A DNA stretch of 64,000 nt, taken from assembly GCA_964496125.1 (NCBI GenBank), contig CAZBXE010000002.1:12383-76382 (forward strand). Direction: 5' to 3'. Source of the stretch: an uncultured bacterium. GTDB taxonomy: Bacteria > Chlamydiota > Chlamydiia > Chlamydiales > CAZBXE01. Below, one piece after another: positions 54,604-63,265 of the stretch; position 1 is the stretch's first letter; the number at the start of each line of letters is the position of its first letter. Position numbers and translations under genes: made by a program. The notes below the pieces were generated by a model. It ran no database searches. It had not been told where the DNA came from and was given only the letters and a program-made list of their open reading frames with translations.

Positions 54604-55698
54604 TATCCAAACTCCTTTAAAAATGCATTTATGAAGAGATCAATGTCTCCATCCATAACTGCCTGTACATTTCCTGCTTCCACCTTTGTACGCGTATCCT
54701 TTACCAGCGTATAGGGTTGAAAGACATAATTTCTAATCTGACTGCCCCAGGCAATTTCCTTCTTTTCTCCGCCCATCCCCTGGATCGCCTCTTCCCGTTT
54801 TTGCACTTCAATTTCATAAAGCTTCGACCTCAGAAGCTTAAAGCAGGTTTCTTTGTTCTGCGTCTGACTTCTCTCGCTTTGGCATGAGACTACAATGCCA
54901 GAGGGGCCGTGTGTGAGCCGGACTGCTGAATCAGTTACGTTTACATGCTGGCCTCCAGCGCCGGATGAGCGAAACGTATCAATACGCACATCTTCTGGCC
55001 GAATGACAATTGTGATATCATCAGTAATTTCTGGTGTCACATCGACAGAAGCAAAGCTTGTATGTCTTCTTGCATTGGCATCAAAGGGAGATATTCGGAC
55101 TAGTCTATGGACTCCCTTTTCTGCTTTTGCGTACCCGTAGGCAAACTCTCCAGTAATCTTCAAAGTAATATTTTTAATGCCCGCCGTTTCACCTGCAACG
55201 CGGTTGATGACCTCAAACTGCCACCCTCTCTTCGTTGCCCACTTCTGGTACATCCGGGCAAGCATATTTGCCCAATCGCACGATTCCGTGCCACCTGCAC
55301 CAGCGTTGATATCTAGATAGCAGTTTTTACTATCCAACTCACCGCTTAACATCCTGCGGATCTCAAGTTCCTCTAAGATCTTATCTAGATAGTCGGTTTC
55401 AGACAAAAGATCTTCAATAAGCTCTTGATCTTTTGCCAAAACTGCTTCTGGAAGAAGGCTTTTGACGTCATCAAGCCTTCTTTTGAGCTCTTGACAGGGT
55501 ACTGTCCAGAGTCGCAGGTCGTTGCATTCTGCGATGACACCTTGCGCTTTTTCTTGGTTTTCCCAAAAGTCAGCAGACTCCATGACGGATTCTAATTCTT
55601 TAACTTTTGCTCTTTTTGACTCGAGGTCAAAGATACCTCCACATGTGGAGAAGTCTGGAATCGATGTTCTTTATCTTTTGTTCCGTTTCTGGATTCAT
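54603..55698 (-). CDS. prfB: Peptide chain release factor 2 (requires a programmed +1 frameshift)
   Basis: ORF0 [23 protein letters not shown] ends at an in-frame TGA (55627-55629). The +1 frame continues [25 protein letters not shown]... through SPF and GGQ ([10 protein letters not shown]), giving about 364 aa in total. Confidence 0.93.
55626..55640 (-). promoter_or_regulatory. RF2 autoregulatory +1 frameshift site
   Basis: Minus-strand sequence GGAGGTATCTTTGAC: internal SD, 3-nt spacer, slippery CTT, then TGA C. Essentially the E. coli prfB site (AGGGGGTATCTTTGAC). Confidence 0.9.
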
Positions 55699-56142
55699 AA
55701 AAAAGCCTACCTTTTCTCTTCAGGATAGCATCTTTTTTTCAAAAAGTCAAAGGAGTAACCCTCAAAAATAACTTACATATATAATTACATTCTATACACT
55801 TCTCTGTGAACCGAGCCAATAATTGATTAAGATGATTGAAATACAAAGGCACGAAGACACAAAGAAGTCTGTTGAGACCTGCCTCTCGTACAAGATCATT
55901 GGTGTGCTCTTGAAGTGCACCGGACACTCGGGGAACCTGGCCTAGTTGAAAGCATTTATGAGTCCGTTTGAGAAAATACGATTTAAAACAAAAAAAAGCC
56001 AAATCTTGAATCTACTCAACTTAATATAATTAAAATTTTAATGCGTTTTACTTGGAATCCTCTTGCACAAAATAGACCCTGCTCTTATAGTCTGAAGATT
56101 GTTTTTTTTCGGCTATATAACTTATGCAAGCAAGGAGGAAAT

Positions 56143-56577
56143 ATGCAACCACAAGCAGCAACAAATTCAATGCAAAAAGCTATTGATGCGGTTTCTAAAG
56201 GAGCCGGACAAGCTCTAAATACAATCAAGGATTGCGTTCTTTGGCTCGGCCGCCAAATCGCCTGGGTCAGCAAAGAAGGATACCAGTGGGCGCAAAAAAG
56301 TTTTGCTCAGATCGGAGCCCTTGTTGCGACAGTCGTTGCGTGGATAAAGCCCCTTATTGGTGCAGCCATGGATTTCTTGAAATCAAATCAAGGTATCTTA
56401 GGCCTAGTGAGCGTTGGCTCTCTTCTTTGCATCCAGCAAGCAACAAACTTAGAAAACGAAGAATCCTACAGAATGGGCTACGGCTTTCTCGCCATTGGAG
56501 CTGCTGCCTTCGCAGGGGCCTTTGCCGTTCAAACAGGTGTTGTTTCAGCTATTGCCCTTTCCGCTCTAGTCGTATAA
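56143..56577 (+). CDS. Hypothetical multi-TM membrane protein (Inc-like)
   Basis: SD aaggagg 5 nt before the ATG at 56143 (MQPQAATNSMQK...). The C-terminal bilobed hydrophobic stretch reads YGFLAIGAAAFAGAFAVQTGVVSAIALSALVV. Confidence 0.55.
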   Translation: MQPQAATNSMQKAIDAVSKGAGQALNTIKDCVLWLGRQIAWVSKEGYQWAQKSFAQIGALVATVVAWIKPLIGAAMDFLKSNQGILGLVSVGSLLCIQQATNLENEESYRMGYGFLAIGAAAFAGAFAVQTGVVSAIALSALVV

Positions 56578-56589
56578 ACTTTCTTTTGA

Positions 56590-56625
56590 CCTAGGCAGTA
56601 TGCTTGCCTAGGTTTTGTTTTTTTT
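56590..56625. terminator. Bidirectional hairpin terminator
   Basis: Stem cctaggca / tgcctagg, 7-nt loop, then ttttgtttttttt. Lies between convergent genes ending at 56577 and 56632. Confidence 0.7.
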
Positions 56626-56631
56626 AAAAGG

Positions 56632-58770
56632 TCACGAATTTAGAGCCGTCTTTTCAAGTTGGATTTGAAAATTTTTATCGACAGAGTACTGCCAGAACCA
56701 GGAAGGTGATCTTATTTTTTCCGTTCGAAACTTGACCAGGCCTTCCTCCATAAAAGCTACCATCCGATGGTGATCGGGCACAGATAGTGCATAGGATCCT
56801 AGGAACGTAACATTTTCAGCGTAAAACTCGCTATTGCCTTCCAAGGTAATCACAAGGCATTCTGTCCGCCTTACCTGATTACGCCAGTGCTGATTTTCGG
56901 GATGCTCCTCTACTCCTCGGTTGCGGACAGTCACATTTTTAAGGGTGCATCTTCCAGCGCCTTTCTCATAGTCGATAAGCCCCTTGGTATCTTTTTCCCC
57001 TAAGACGTTTTTAGCCTTAATGAGAAGACTTCCCTCGACCTCAACCTCCTCAAGATCAAGCTCGGCAATTTCAAGTTGCATCTCCGCATGCTCATGCAAC
57101 TTTCCCCCTCGCACTTTTTGCGCAATCACAGAATAGAGAGGACCTAGCGCTGGATGATACAGAATCACAAAGGGAGGACCCTGTTTCAAAAATGCAGAAG
57201 GGGTTCCTAAAGGCGGAAGATCCATCTTGCACATCTTACCAAAAAGATAAGCCTGATTGATGAGAAGATCAAAAAAACATCCTCTAGGAGTCCCTACAAG
57301 TGACCTTTGAGGCACAAAGGCATTTTTAGTGACCGAAATAGTTTTAATCCTCTCGTTGAACGTAATGTAGGTTTGGAGGTGGGTCGCATGCCCTTCTTCA
57401 AGCGGTGTCTTAAAATAGTCAATAAAATTGTCAGCGATGTTTTGCATGGTTGACTCAAGGCGCCCCCCCTTTTTCATCACCACATTCCCCTGTTCATCCA
57501 GGAAGGGAGCATCGCTCTTCATATTTACAGTCAGTCCCGGGATGATCCCTTGCTTTGCCACATTTTCAACCGCATCAATATCGGCAAAAAGGATGTTTGT
57601 ATTCGAAGGATAGATAGAATAAGGGCTTCCCTCAGAGATAGGAACATCCTGAATCCCTTGACGGTCAAATTCTGTATACTCTACGTTTGTGATGTGGTAC
57701 TCAACCCTTGCCTTTCTCTTTTTTTCCATAAGGACACACATTCCCTCTGCCGTGTGTAAAAGCCTGCGACAAGAGGCAAACCCAAATTTTTTATCGCGGC
57801 TAATCCCAATCCCCGTAAAAGCCAAAACCCCATGATCTATCCCTGCCATAGGGTTATTGATCTGACGAAGCAAAAGCTTCTTCTTCCCTAGCTCCTTAAG
57901 CCAGGAAAAAACATTATTCTCATAAGCTAAATTCCAAAGAACCCCATGTCCGCCCGGCTTCATGAAAAGCTTCAAGGGTGAGGACAAAGAGAAATTTCCC
58001 TCAGCGTCAAGTACAGGAACAAGAGGCTGTCTAAAAAACTGAAAGAACTCTCTCTGCCTGCCAAAATAATTTGCCTCTTCACAAATCTCTAAAATGTGGT
58101 CGTGATTGTCCTTCTCAATCGAGGTCATCATAGCAATCGGCACAGTGATCTGTTTATGAAATAGCTTGTAATAAAGGTACTCCTTTCCCTGGACATCGCG
58201 AATGAGCCCCTCGAGAAGAGAGTGACCGCAATAAGCAAGGCGCGCTGCTGGAAGTGGGGAGCCTGTTGTTTCATCGATGAGATTCAAACGATCGCCTGCT
58301 CCCCCTACAGGATACATCTCTGCCATTTCGGGAAGAGAACGAAGGCCAAAGTAGGTGGCCTGCCTTGTCTCCAAAGTGTCGTGTGCAATGTCGAGTCCCT
58401 CCGGCATCCGAAAACACACCGCCTCATCTCTACAAACCTCTGTTTTTAGGCACCTTTTCAAAGTAGCTACGTACCCTAAAAGCCCCCCCATCCGCTCATA
58501 CGACTTTTCTACCACAGAGAGACAGGCAAGAAGATTCAAGAGTTTTTCTACGTTTTCACTCTCTTTCAAAGCAGGATCAAACTTCAGGATATGGACTTGC
58601 CCGAGAAGAACAAGAGAGTAGATCACAATTTCCTCATCCTTGCTCCTTCCCCCCAAAAAAGCCCCTAAAAACCCAGGATTTTCAAGAAAACGCTGGACAC
58701 TTGCCTCCCTTTGGAGCAAGGCATGCTTTTCTTCTTGCATACGGCCCAAAACCTTTTCCAACACGTCCAC
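56632..58770 (-). CDS. UDPGP-family (UTP--sugar-1-phosphate uridylyltransferase-like) protein, long form
   Basis: Blocks VGGAGDRLNL (variant of the LxGGxGTRLG loop), VPIAMMTS, ANYFG...FFQFFRQPLVP and KPGGHGVLW follow the UDPGP order. 712 aa. GTG start. Confidence 0.68.
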   Translation of the reverse strand: MDVLEKVLGRMQEEKHALLQREASVQRFLENPGFLGAFLGGRSKDEEIVIYSLVLLGQVHILKFDPALKESENVEKLLNLLACLSVVEKSYERMGGLLGYVATLKRCLKTEVCRDEAVCFRMPEGLDIAHDTLETRQATYFGLRSLPEMAEMYPVGGAGDRLNLIDETTGSPLPAARLAYCGHSLLEGLIRDVQGKEYLYYKLFHKQITVPIAMMTSIEKDNHDHILEICEEANYFGRQREFFQFFRQPLVPVLDAEGNFSLSSPLKLFMKPGGHGVLWNLAYENNVFSWLKELGKKKLLLRQINNPMAGIDHGVLAFTGIGISRDKKFGFASCRRLLHTAEGMCVLMEKKRKARVEYHITNVEYTEFDRQGIQDVPISEGSPYSIYPSNTNILFADIDAVENVAKQGIIPGLTVNMKSDAPFLDEQGNVVMKKGGRLESTMQNIADNFIDYFKTPLEEGHATHLQTYITFNERIKTISVTKNAFVPQRSLVGTPRGCFFDLLINQAYLFGKMCKMDLPPLGTPSAFLKQGPPFVILYHPALGPLYSVIAQKVRGGKLHEHAEMQLEIAELDLEEVEVEGSLLIKAKNVLGEKDTKGLIDYEKGAGRCTLKNVTVRNRGVEEHPENQHWRNQVRRTECLVITLEGNSEFYAENVTFLGSYALSVPDHHRMVAFMEEGLVKFRTEKIRSPSWFWQYSVDKNFQIQLEKTALNS

Positions 58771-59075
58771 TTCTCTCTGAATCCTCTCGTTATTTTTTAC
58801 AAGTTATGCTACATTTACACCCAATTCCCTGGAGAAAACGTGCAAAATAGTAGAAGTCCCGAGTCTAACCCAAAAGAAAATTTTCCACAACGGGGTGTTA
58901 TTCACCTATTTCATCGTAAAGCACTTAGGGGGCAAAGCAAGAAGCTATCCCCCCTCACAGAGTAGTGAGAGGCTATCGATTTATTTTGACTCAAAATGTA
59001 TCCTAGAGCTAAAAGAATGCAGGAACTAAAAGATTTTTTTTTGAACAAGATCGTAAAACTAAAAGGAGACAAAAC

Positions 59076-59351
59076 ATGGTAGAAAAGAAGCCTTCGGCCT
59101 TTAAAAGACCTGTAGAAATTTCAGAAACTCTGGCGGACATCGTTGGCAAAGGGCCAATGCCTCGAACAGAGATCACAAAAAAACTCTGGGCCTACATTAA
59201 AAAACACAAACTGCAAGACACTAACAACAGAAGAAACATCAATCCTGATGAAAAACTTGCAAAAGTACTTGGCACATCAAAACCAATTGATATGTTCAAA
59301 ATGACAAGCAAGCTTTCTAAGCACATTAAAGAGCCTGCCTTAGCAAAATAA
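59076..59351 (+). CDS. SWIB/MDM2-domain protein
   Basis: SETLADIVGKGPMPRTEITKKLWAYIKKHKLQDTNNRRNINPDEKLAKVLG matches the SWIB pattern. SD aaggag. Confidence 0.88.
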   Translation: MVEKKPSAFKRPVEISETLADIVGKGPMPRTEITKKLWAYIKKHKLQDTNNRRNINPDEKLAKVLGTSKPIDMFKMTSKLSKHIKEPALAK

Positions 59352-59367
59352 TCCAAGCCAATTTTCT

Positions 59368-59409
59368 AAGCTGATCTTCCCTTTTTGAAGAGAGGATCAG
59401 CTTTTTTTC
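59368..59409 (+). terminator. Rho-independent terminator after the SWIB gene
   Basis: aagctgatc...gatcagctt stem with an internal cttc/gaag extension, followed by a T7 run. Confidence 0.6.
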
Positions 59410-59450
59410 TTGCACATTGGCTCCCTTGTCGCGTACACTCTCTCTCGTAA

Positions 59451-60422
59451 ATGATAAAAAAAAACAGTTCCCGAAACGCCCTTTTCCACTCCCTTTTTGA
59501 TGCAGCCTGTCTCTTCTCACTTGTCGGCATCTGGCCACGATTTATCGAACCCTCCCTCCTTTCTCTGACAAAAAAAGAGATTAAGATCCCGAGGCTACCA
59601 AAAGACCTAAAGCATTTCAAAATTGTCCAGCTTTCTGATTTACACTTTAGCGCGAAAACACCCCTTCGGTTTATAAATAAAATCAAAAAAGCGCTTTTCT
59701 CTCTACAACCAGACCTGATCGTTTGCACCGGGGATTTCATTTGCTATGGCGAGATGGAACACGAGAAAAATTTAAAAGAATTTCTTGAATCTTTAAAGGC
59801 GCCTTATGGTGTATTTGCCATCTTCGGAAACCACGATTATGACGACTATGTCAGTGTCAATAAGGCAGGTGACTACAGCCTGCTTCCAAAAAAGGAAGCA
59901 CCTCTTTCAATCGCGATCAGAAGAATAGTAGGCAAACCGCAAAAGCTTACAGGAAAATGCGACGCAAGCCTAAAGGGAATTACGCCAAACAGAGAGCTGA
60001 TGGCGCTTTTGTTAGACAGTGGAATCACCCCCTTGCACAACGAATGCAAAAAAATTCCTGTTGGCAAAAGTTTTCTCAACATCTGCGGTCTTGGCGAGTT
60101 GATGGCAGGCCACTTCGAACCAGACAAGGCCTATGCCAACTATGACCGAAACCACCCAGGGCTTATCCTTTCCCACAATCCAGACACTTTGCCAGCCCTG
60201 CGTACTTATCCGGGTGATCTTTTCCTCTTTGGACACACACATGGGGGACAAATCAATATCCCCTGGATTAAGGATCGCTTCCTGATGATGGAACGCCCCT
60301 ATTTTTATCGTGGAGAATTTACCTATGGAGATAAATGGTTCTATGTCAATAGAGGCCTTTCAGGAACTCTCCCCTTTCGTCTGAGAGCAAGGCCTGAAAT
60401 CTTAGAAGTGGTGTTAACATGA
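59451..60422 (+). CDS. Calcineurin-like metallophosphoesterase (YaeI-like, membrane-anchored)
   Basis: Motifs QLSDLHF, CTGDFI, FGNHD and GHTHGGQ, with an N-terminal TM segment. Confidence 0.8.
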   Translation: MIKKNSSRNALFHSLFDAACLFSLVGIWPRFIEPSLLSLTKKEIKIPRLPKDLKHFKIVQLSDLHFSAKTPLRFINKIKKALFSLQPDLIVCTGDFICYGEMEHEKNLKEFLESLKAPYGVFAIFGNHDYDDYVSVNKAGDYSLLPKKEAPLSIAIRRIVGKPQKLTGKCDASLKGITPNRELMALLLDSGITPLHNECKKIPVGKSFLNICGLGELMAGHFEPDKAYANYDRNHPGLILSHNPDTLPALRTYPGDLFLFGHTHGGQINIPWIKDRFLMMERPYFYRGEFTYGDKWFYVNRGLSGTLPFRLRARPEILEVVLT

Positions 60423-61072
60423 GCGCCTTTGGTGTCATTCTTCTTTCCGGAGGCACTGGCACACGTTTTTCAAGCCCTATCCCCAAACAATATCTCCTCC
60501 TCGGCGATAAAGAAATCGTTCTCCATAGCTATGATCTTTTTTGCGATGTTTCCGAAGTGCATGAAATTGTGGTTGTATGCCATCCAGAGTACAGGTATCT
60601 CTTTAAAAAGGCGAAAACCTCCTTTGCCCTTCCAGGTGTTAGAAGGCAGGACTCAGTGTTTTCAGGTTTTAAGGCCCTGAGCGAAAGAGTAGACTATGTC
60701 ACAATACATGATGGCTGCCGTCCCCTCATTGATAAGGAAATGATCGCTCGGGTACACGCATCTGCACTCGAGAATGGAGCAGCAACAGCCAGTATGTCGA
60801 TCCAATACACTGTGAAAGAACGTACAGCGGAAAACTTTGCCAAAAAAACCCTCGATCGCTCCCACCTTTTAGAAATCCAAACGCCGCAAAGCCTGCATAG
60901 GGAAATCCTTGAGCGTGGATTTAGGCATGTACATACTCACAAGATCACGGTAACTGATGATGTTTCTCTTGCAGAAGCGATCGGGCAACCTGTAAAACTA
61001 GTTGTTGGTTCTTATAAAAACATTAAAATTACAACCCCTGAAGATCTCCTGATCGCCCGGGCACTTGCATGA
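60419..61072 (+). CDS. ispD: 2-C-methyl-D-erythritol 4-phosphate cytidylyltransferase
   Basis: VILLSGGTGTRFSSPIPKQYL, HDGCRP and EIQTPQ blocks. Confidence 0.9.
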   Translation: MSAFGVILLSGGTGTRFSSPIPKQYLLLGDKEIVLHSYDLFCDVSEVHEIVVVCHPEYRYLFKKAKTSFALPGVRRQDSVFSGFKALSERVDYVTIHDGCRPLIDKEMIARVHASALENGAATASMSIQYTVKERTAENFAKKTLDRSHLLEIQTPQSLHREILERGFRHVHTHKITVTDDVSLAEAIGQPVKLVVGSYKNIKITTPEDLLIARALA

Positions 61073-61833
61073 AATACAAAATGATCATTGCCTACGACGG
61101 GACGAACTACCCTGGGTGGCAGGTACAAAAAAAACAAATTTCCATCCAACAGAAGATTGAAGAGGCTCTTTCTCTTCTTATAAAGGAAACAGTACGGGTG
61201 ATTGGTTCTGGGCGAACCGATGCGGGGGTGCACGCCCTTGCTCAGGTGGCCCATTTTAAGACATCGAATCCAGTAAAAGACTTAAGTCACCTAAGGCTCC
61301 AGCTGAATGGGATTCTTCCCTTTGATATCCGGATTAAGAGCATCGAATCGGTGGATGATTCGTTCCATGCGCAGCTCTCTGCACTTGGCAAACTTTATAT
61401 TTATCACCTTCACGTCTCTTCTGTCTCAGATCCCTTCACCAGGCTCTATAGTCTACACATCCGCAAGAAACTAGACATTCCACTCTTAAAAGAAGCCGCC
61501 AAGCTATTTACCGGCACGCATGACTTCTCCTCCTTTTCCAATAAGCCAGAACATGGCAGCGCAGGAAAAGATCCTGTGCGCACCCTCTTCCGCCTAGATG
61601 TGGTAGAGAAAGGGGAAAAGATAGACCTTGAGTTTGAAGGAGATGGGTTTTTGTATAAAATGGTGCGCAACATTACAGGTGTTTTATTGGAAGTAGCCAC
61701 CGGCAAAAGGAAAATTAACGAAATCAACGAGATTTTTGCCGCCAAAGACCGTAGAAAGTCAGGAATGGCAGCGCCTGCACATCCCCTTTTCTTAGTGAGA
61801 GTGGATTATCCCGAGCAGTTCCACAAAACTTAG
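61069..61833 (+). CDS. truA: tRNA pseudouridine(38-40) synthase
   Basis: IAYDGTNYPGWQVQ and GSGRTDAGVHA (catalytic Asp) motifs. Confidence 0.92.
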   Translation: MKYKMIIAYDGTNYPGWQVQKKQISIQQKIEEALSLLIKETVRVIGSGRTDAGVHALAQVAHFKTSNPVKDLSHLRLQLNGILPFDIRIKSIESVDDSFHAQLSALGKLYIYHLHVSSVSDPFTRLYSLHIRKKLDIPLLKEAAKLFTGTHDFSSFSNKPEHGSAGKDPVRTLFRLDVVEKGEKIDLEFEGDGFLYKMVRNITGVLLEVATGKRKINEINEIFAAKDRRKSGMAAPAHPLFLVRVDYPEQFHKT

Positions 61834-62484
61834 ATAGTGGATCACTCCCTGTTTTTTAAATTCCGATATTTCGGGGTAATCAATTTGTGATACTAACACA
61901 GGCTGAGCCCTTGATCCTTGCAGGGCATAAATTCCCCTTGGGGTATCTTCAAAACCAATCACCTTCTCATAGGGTTTTGCCATGACAGAAATTGCATGGA
62001 GATAGCCGTCTGGAGCAGGTTTTGCTCTCGGATAGTCTTCCCGAGAAAACCAGACAGGGATACTCCCTAAGATATCGTGGTGCTTTACAAGCTTATCCAC
62101 CACATCTCGTGGGGAGTGGGTCACAACGCACCTCTTCATCCCCCTCTCTTTTAGCAAACTTAAAAACTCCTCGACACCTGGCATAAGCTCCACCTCTCCA
62201 CTTTCAAAAAGATGAGAGAGGGCGCGTTTTTTCTCTTGGTAGAGGACATCCCATCTAGGCTCAAGGGCTTTTAGCTTGGGGTTTTCTTCGTAGATTTTTT
62301 GCTCGAGCCCGGAGGAGTGGTAATGAGCAATCTTGCAATAGGTAGAAAAATCCCATCCCAGATCAAAACCCCGATCCCGCATCATGATCTGGTAGGCTTC
62401 GAAATGCACTTTTTCTGTGTTCACAAGAAGCCCGTCAAAGTCGAGCATGACTAAAGAGTATTCTTGCAGAGGGTCCATAAGCAA
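61792..62484 (-). CDS. HAD-superfamily hydrolase (beta-phosphoglucomutase-like subfamily IA)
   Basis: Motif I MLDFDGLLVNTE (DxDG), motif II VVTHS, and a C-terminal G(F)EDTPRG. Its 3' end overlaps the truA 3' end by 42 nt (convergent). Confidence 0.8.
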   Translation of the reverse strand: MLMDPLQEYSLVMLDFDGLLVNTEKVHFEAYQIMMRDRGFDLGWDFSTYCKIAHYHSSGLEQKIYEENPKLKALEPRWDVLYQEKKRALSHLFESGEVELMPGVEEFLSLLKERGMKRCVVTHSPRDVVDKLVKHHDILGSIPVWFSREDYPRAKPAPDGYLHAISVMAKPYEKVIGFEDTPRGIYALQGSRAQPVLVSQIDYPEISEFKKQGVIHYLSFVELLGIIHSH

Positions 62485-62535
62485 ACATTACACATTTTTT
62501 TTCTTTTCCTTGCAACTATTATCCAGATCGTTAAA

Positions 62536-62721
62536 ATGCTTACTATGAGGGCTCTTCTTCTCCTACTAGTCTTAGTTTCGTGCACAAACGAAGGTTCATC
62601 CCGTCCAAGGCGAAAAAGTGAGCGTGTGGAGAGGATCCATCGCAGTGAAGCGCAGGTCTTTTACGCAGAACCTCCCCTCGAGAGAAAGGAGAGTCCCCCT
62701 TATCCTTGGAAGGCCCCCTAG
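62536..62721 (+). CDS. Putative small lipoprotein (61 aa)
   Basis: MLTMRALLLLLVLVSC has an n-region, h-region and lipobox (LVSC). Short, with no homology judged. Confidence 0.4.
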   Translation: MLTMRALLLLLVLVSCTNEGSSRPRRKSERVERIHRSEAQVFYAEPPLERKESPPYPWKAP

Positions 62722-62779
62722 AGTTGATTTTTTCTTTTGCAAAAAGCCCACTTCGGATAGACTAGTGCTACCCAATTTT

Positions 62780-62863
62780 GCCGACGTGGCGGAACTGGCA
62801 GACGCGGCAGACTCAAAATCTGCTCTTGGCGACAAGGTGTCGGTTCGAGTCCGACCGTCGGCA
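62780..62863 (+). tRNA. tRNA-Leu (anticodon CAA), type II with long variable arm; CCA not encoded
   Basis: Acceptor GCCGACG/CGTCGGC plus discriminator A. Anticodon stem GCAGA/TCTGC with loop CTCAAAA. Variable arm CTTGGCGACAAG. T arm GTCGG-TTCGAGT-CCGAC. Confidence 0.92.
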
Positions 62864-62868
62864 CATCC

Positions 62869-62909
62869 CCGGAGACATTTTCAGAAATGACAATGTTTCC
62901 GGTTTTTTT
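62869..62909 (+). terminator. Rho-independent terminator after tRNA-Leu
   Basis: 11-bp stem ccggagacatt / aatgtttccgg (one G-U pair), followed by T7. Confidence 0.65.
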
Positions 62910-63028
62910 CTTTTTGTAACCCATTGGATTTCTGTAAGATAATCGCTAACGCCGGATTGAGAGTTGGGGTTCGATACTTTCCAGCATCAAAGATCAGTTT
63001 TAAGGGAAAAATCGAACCAAGTAGTTTT

Positions 63029-63201
63029 CTACGAATCTCCAAAACGGGTATACTTCTGAAAATCTGAGCACTGTTGATTCCATTTCAAGAGTGTCGGCTT
63101 CGAAACGCCTATTATTTGTGCAATCTTATCGTAAGATATTCCTAAGGCTCTAAGCCGGATAAACTCTTCTTTTCCATTTGATTTTTCATAACTTTACTCA
63201 T
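63029..63201 (-). pseudogene. Frameshifted small helix-turn-helix gene remnant (phage/IS-type HTH)
   Basis: The ATG at 63201 opens MSKVMKNQMEKKSLSGLEP*. The adjacent frame has no start and reads ...EEFIRLRALGISYDKIAQIIGVSKPTLLKWNQQCSDFQKYTRFGDS* (classic HTH). A 1-nt shift near gaaaagaagag would fuse the two. Confidence 0.4.
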
Positions 63202-63265
63202 TTTACTCCGCTATTTCAATCCATTCCTATGACATAGAAGTGGCCTATTGCTTACATATTCTATG

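Noticed and set aside
55850-55960. Possible SRP (4.5S) RNA-like sequence (ggtgtgctcttgaagtgcaccggacactcggggaacctggcc)
   Set aside because: It lacks the conserved domain IV elements (GGAA tetraloop flanked by AGCAGCC / CAGG symmetric loop) on either strand.
55739-56002. 87-aa minus-strand ORF in the prfB upstream spacer
   Set aside because: It has a TTG start, no SD and odd composition. It is treated as non-coding, and the region is flagged separately as a possible ncRNA or UTR.
58771-59075. RNase P RNA-like fragment (agtagaagtcccgagtc), G5/C5 and ctcac/gtgag hairpins, and the 84-aa ORF at 58711-58965
   Set aside because: The 305-bp gap is too short for RNase P RNA, and the match to GAGGAAAGUCCGGGC is only partial. 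The ORF has no SD. The region probably holds divergent promoter and UTR sequence.
62960-62985. T-loop-like ggggttcgatac downstream of tRNA-Leu, as a possible tRNA fragment or att repeat
   Set aside because: Only 7 nt (ggttcga) match the tRNA-Leu T arm. There is no complementary stem and no acceptor-end repeat.
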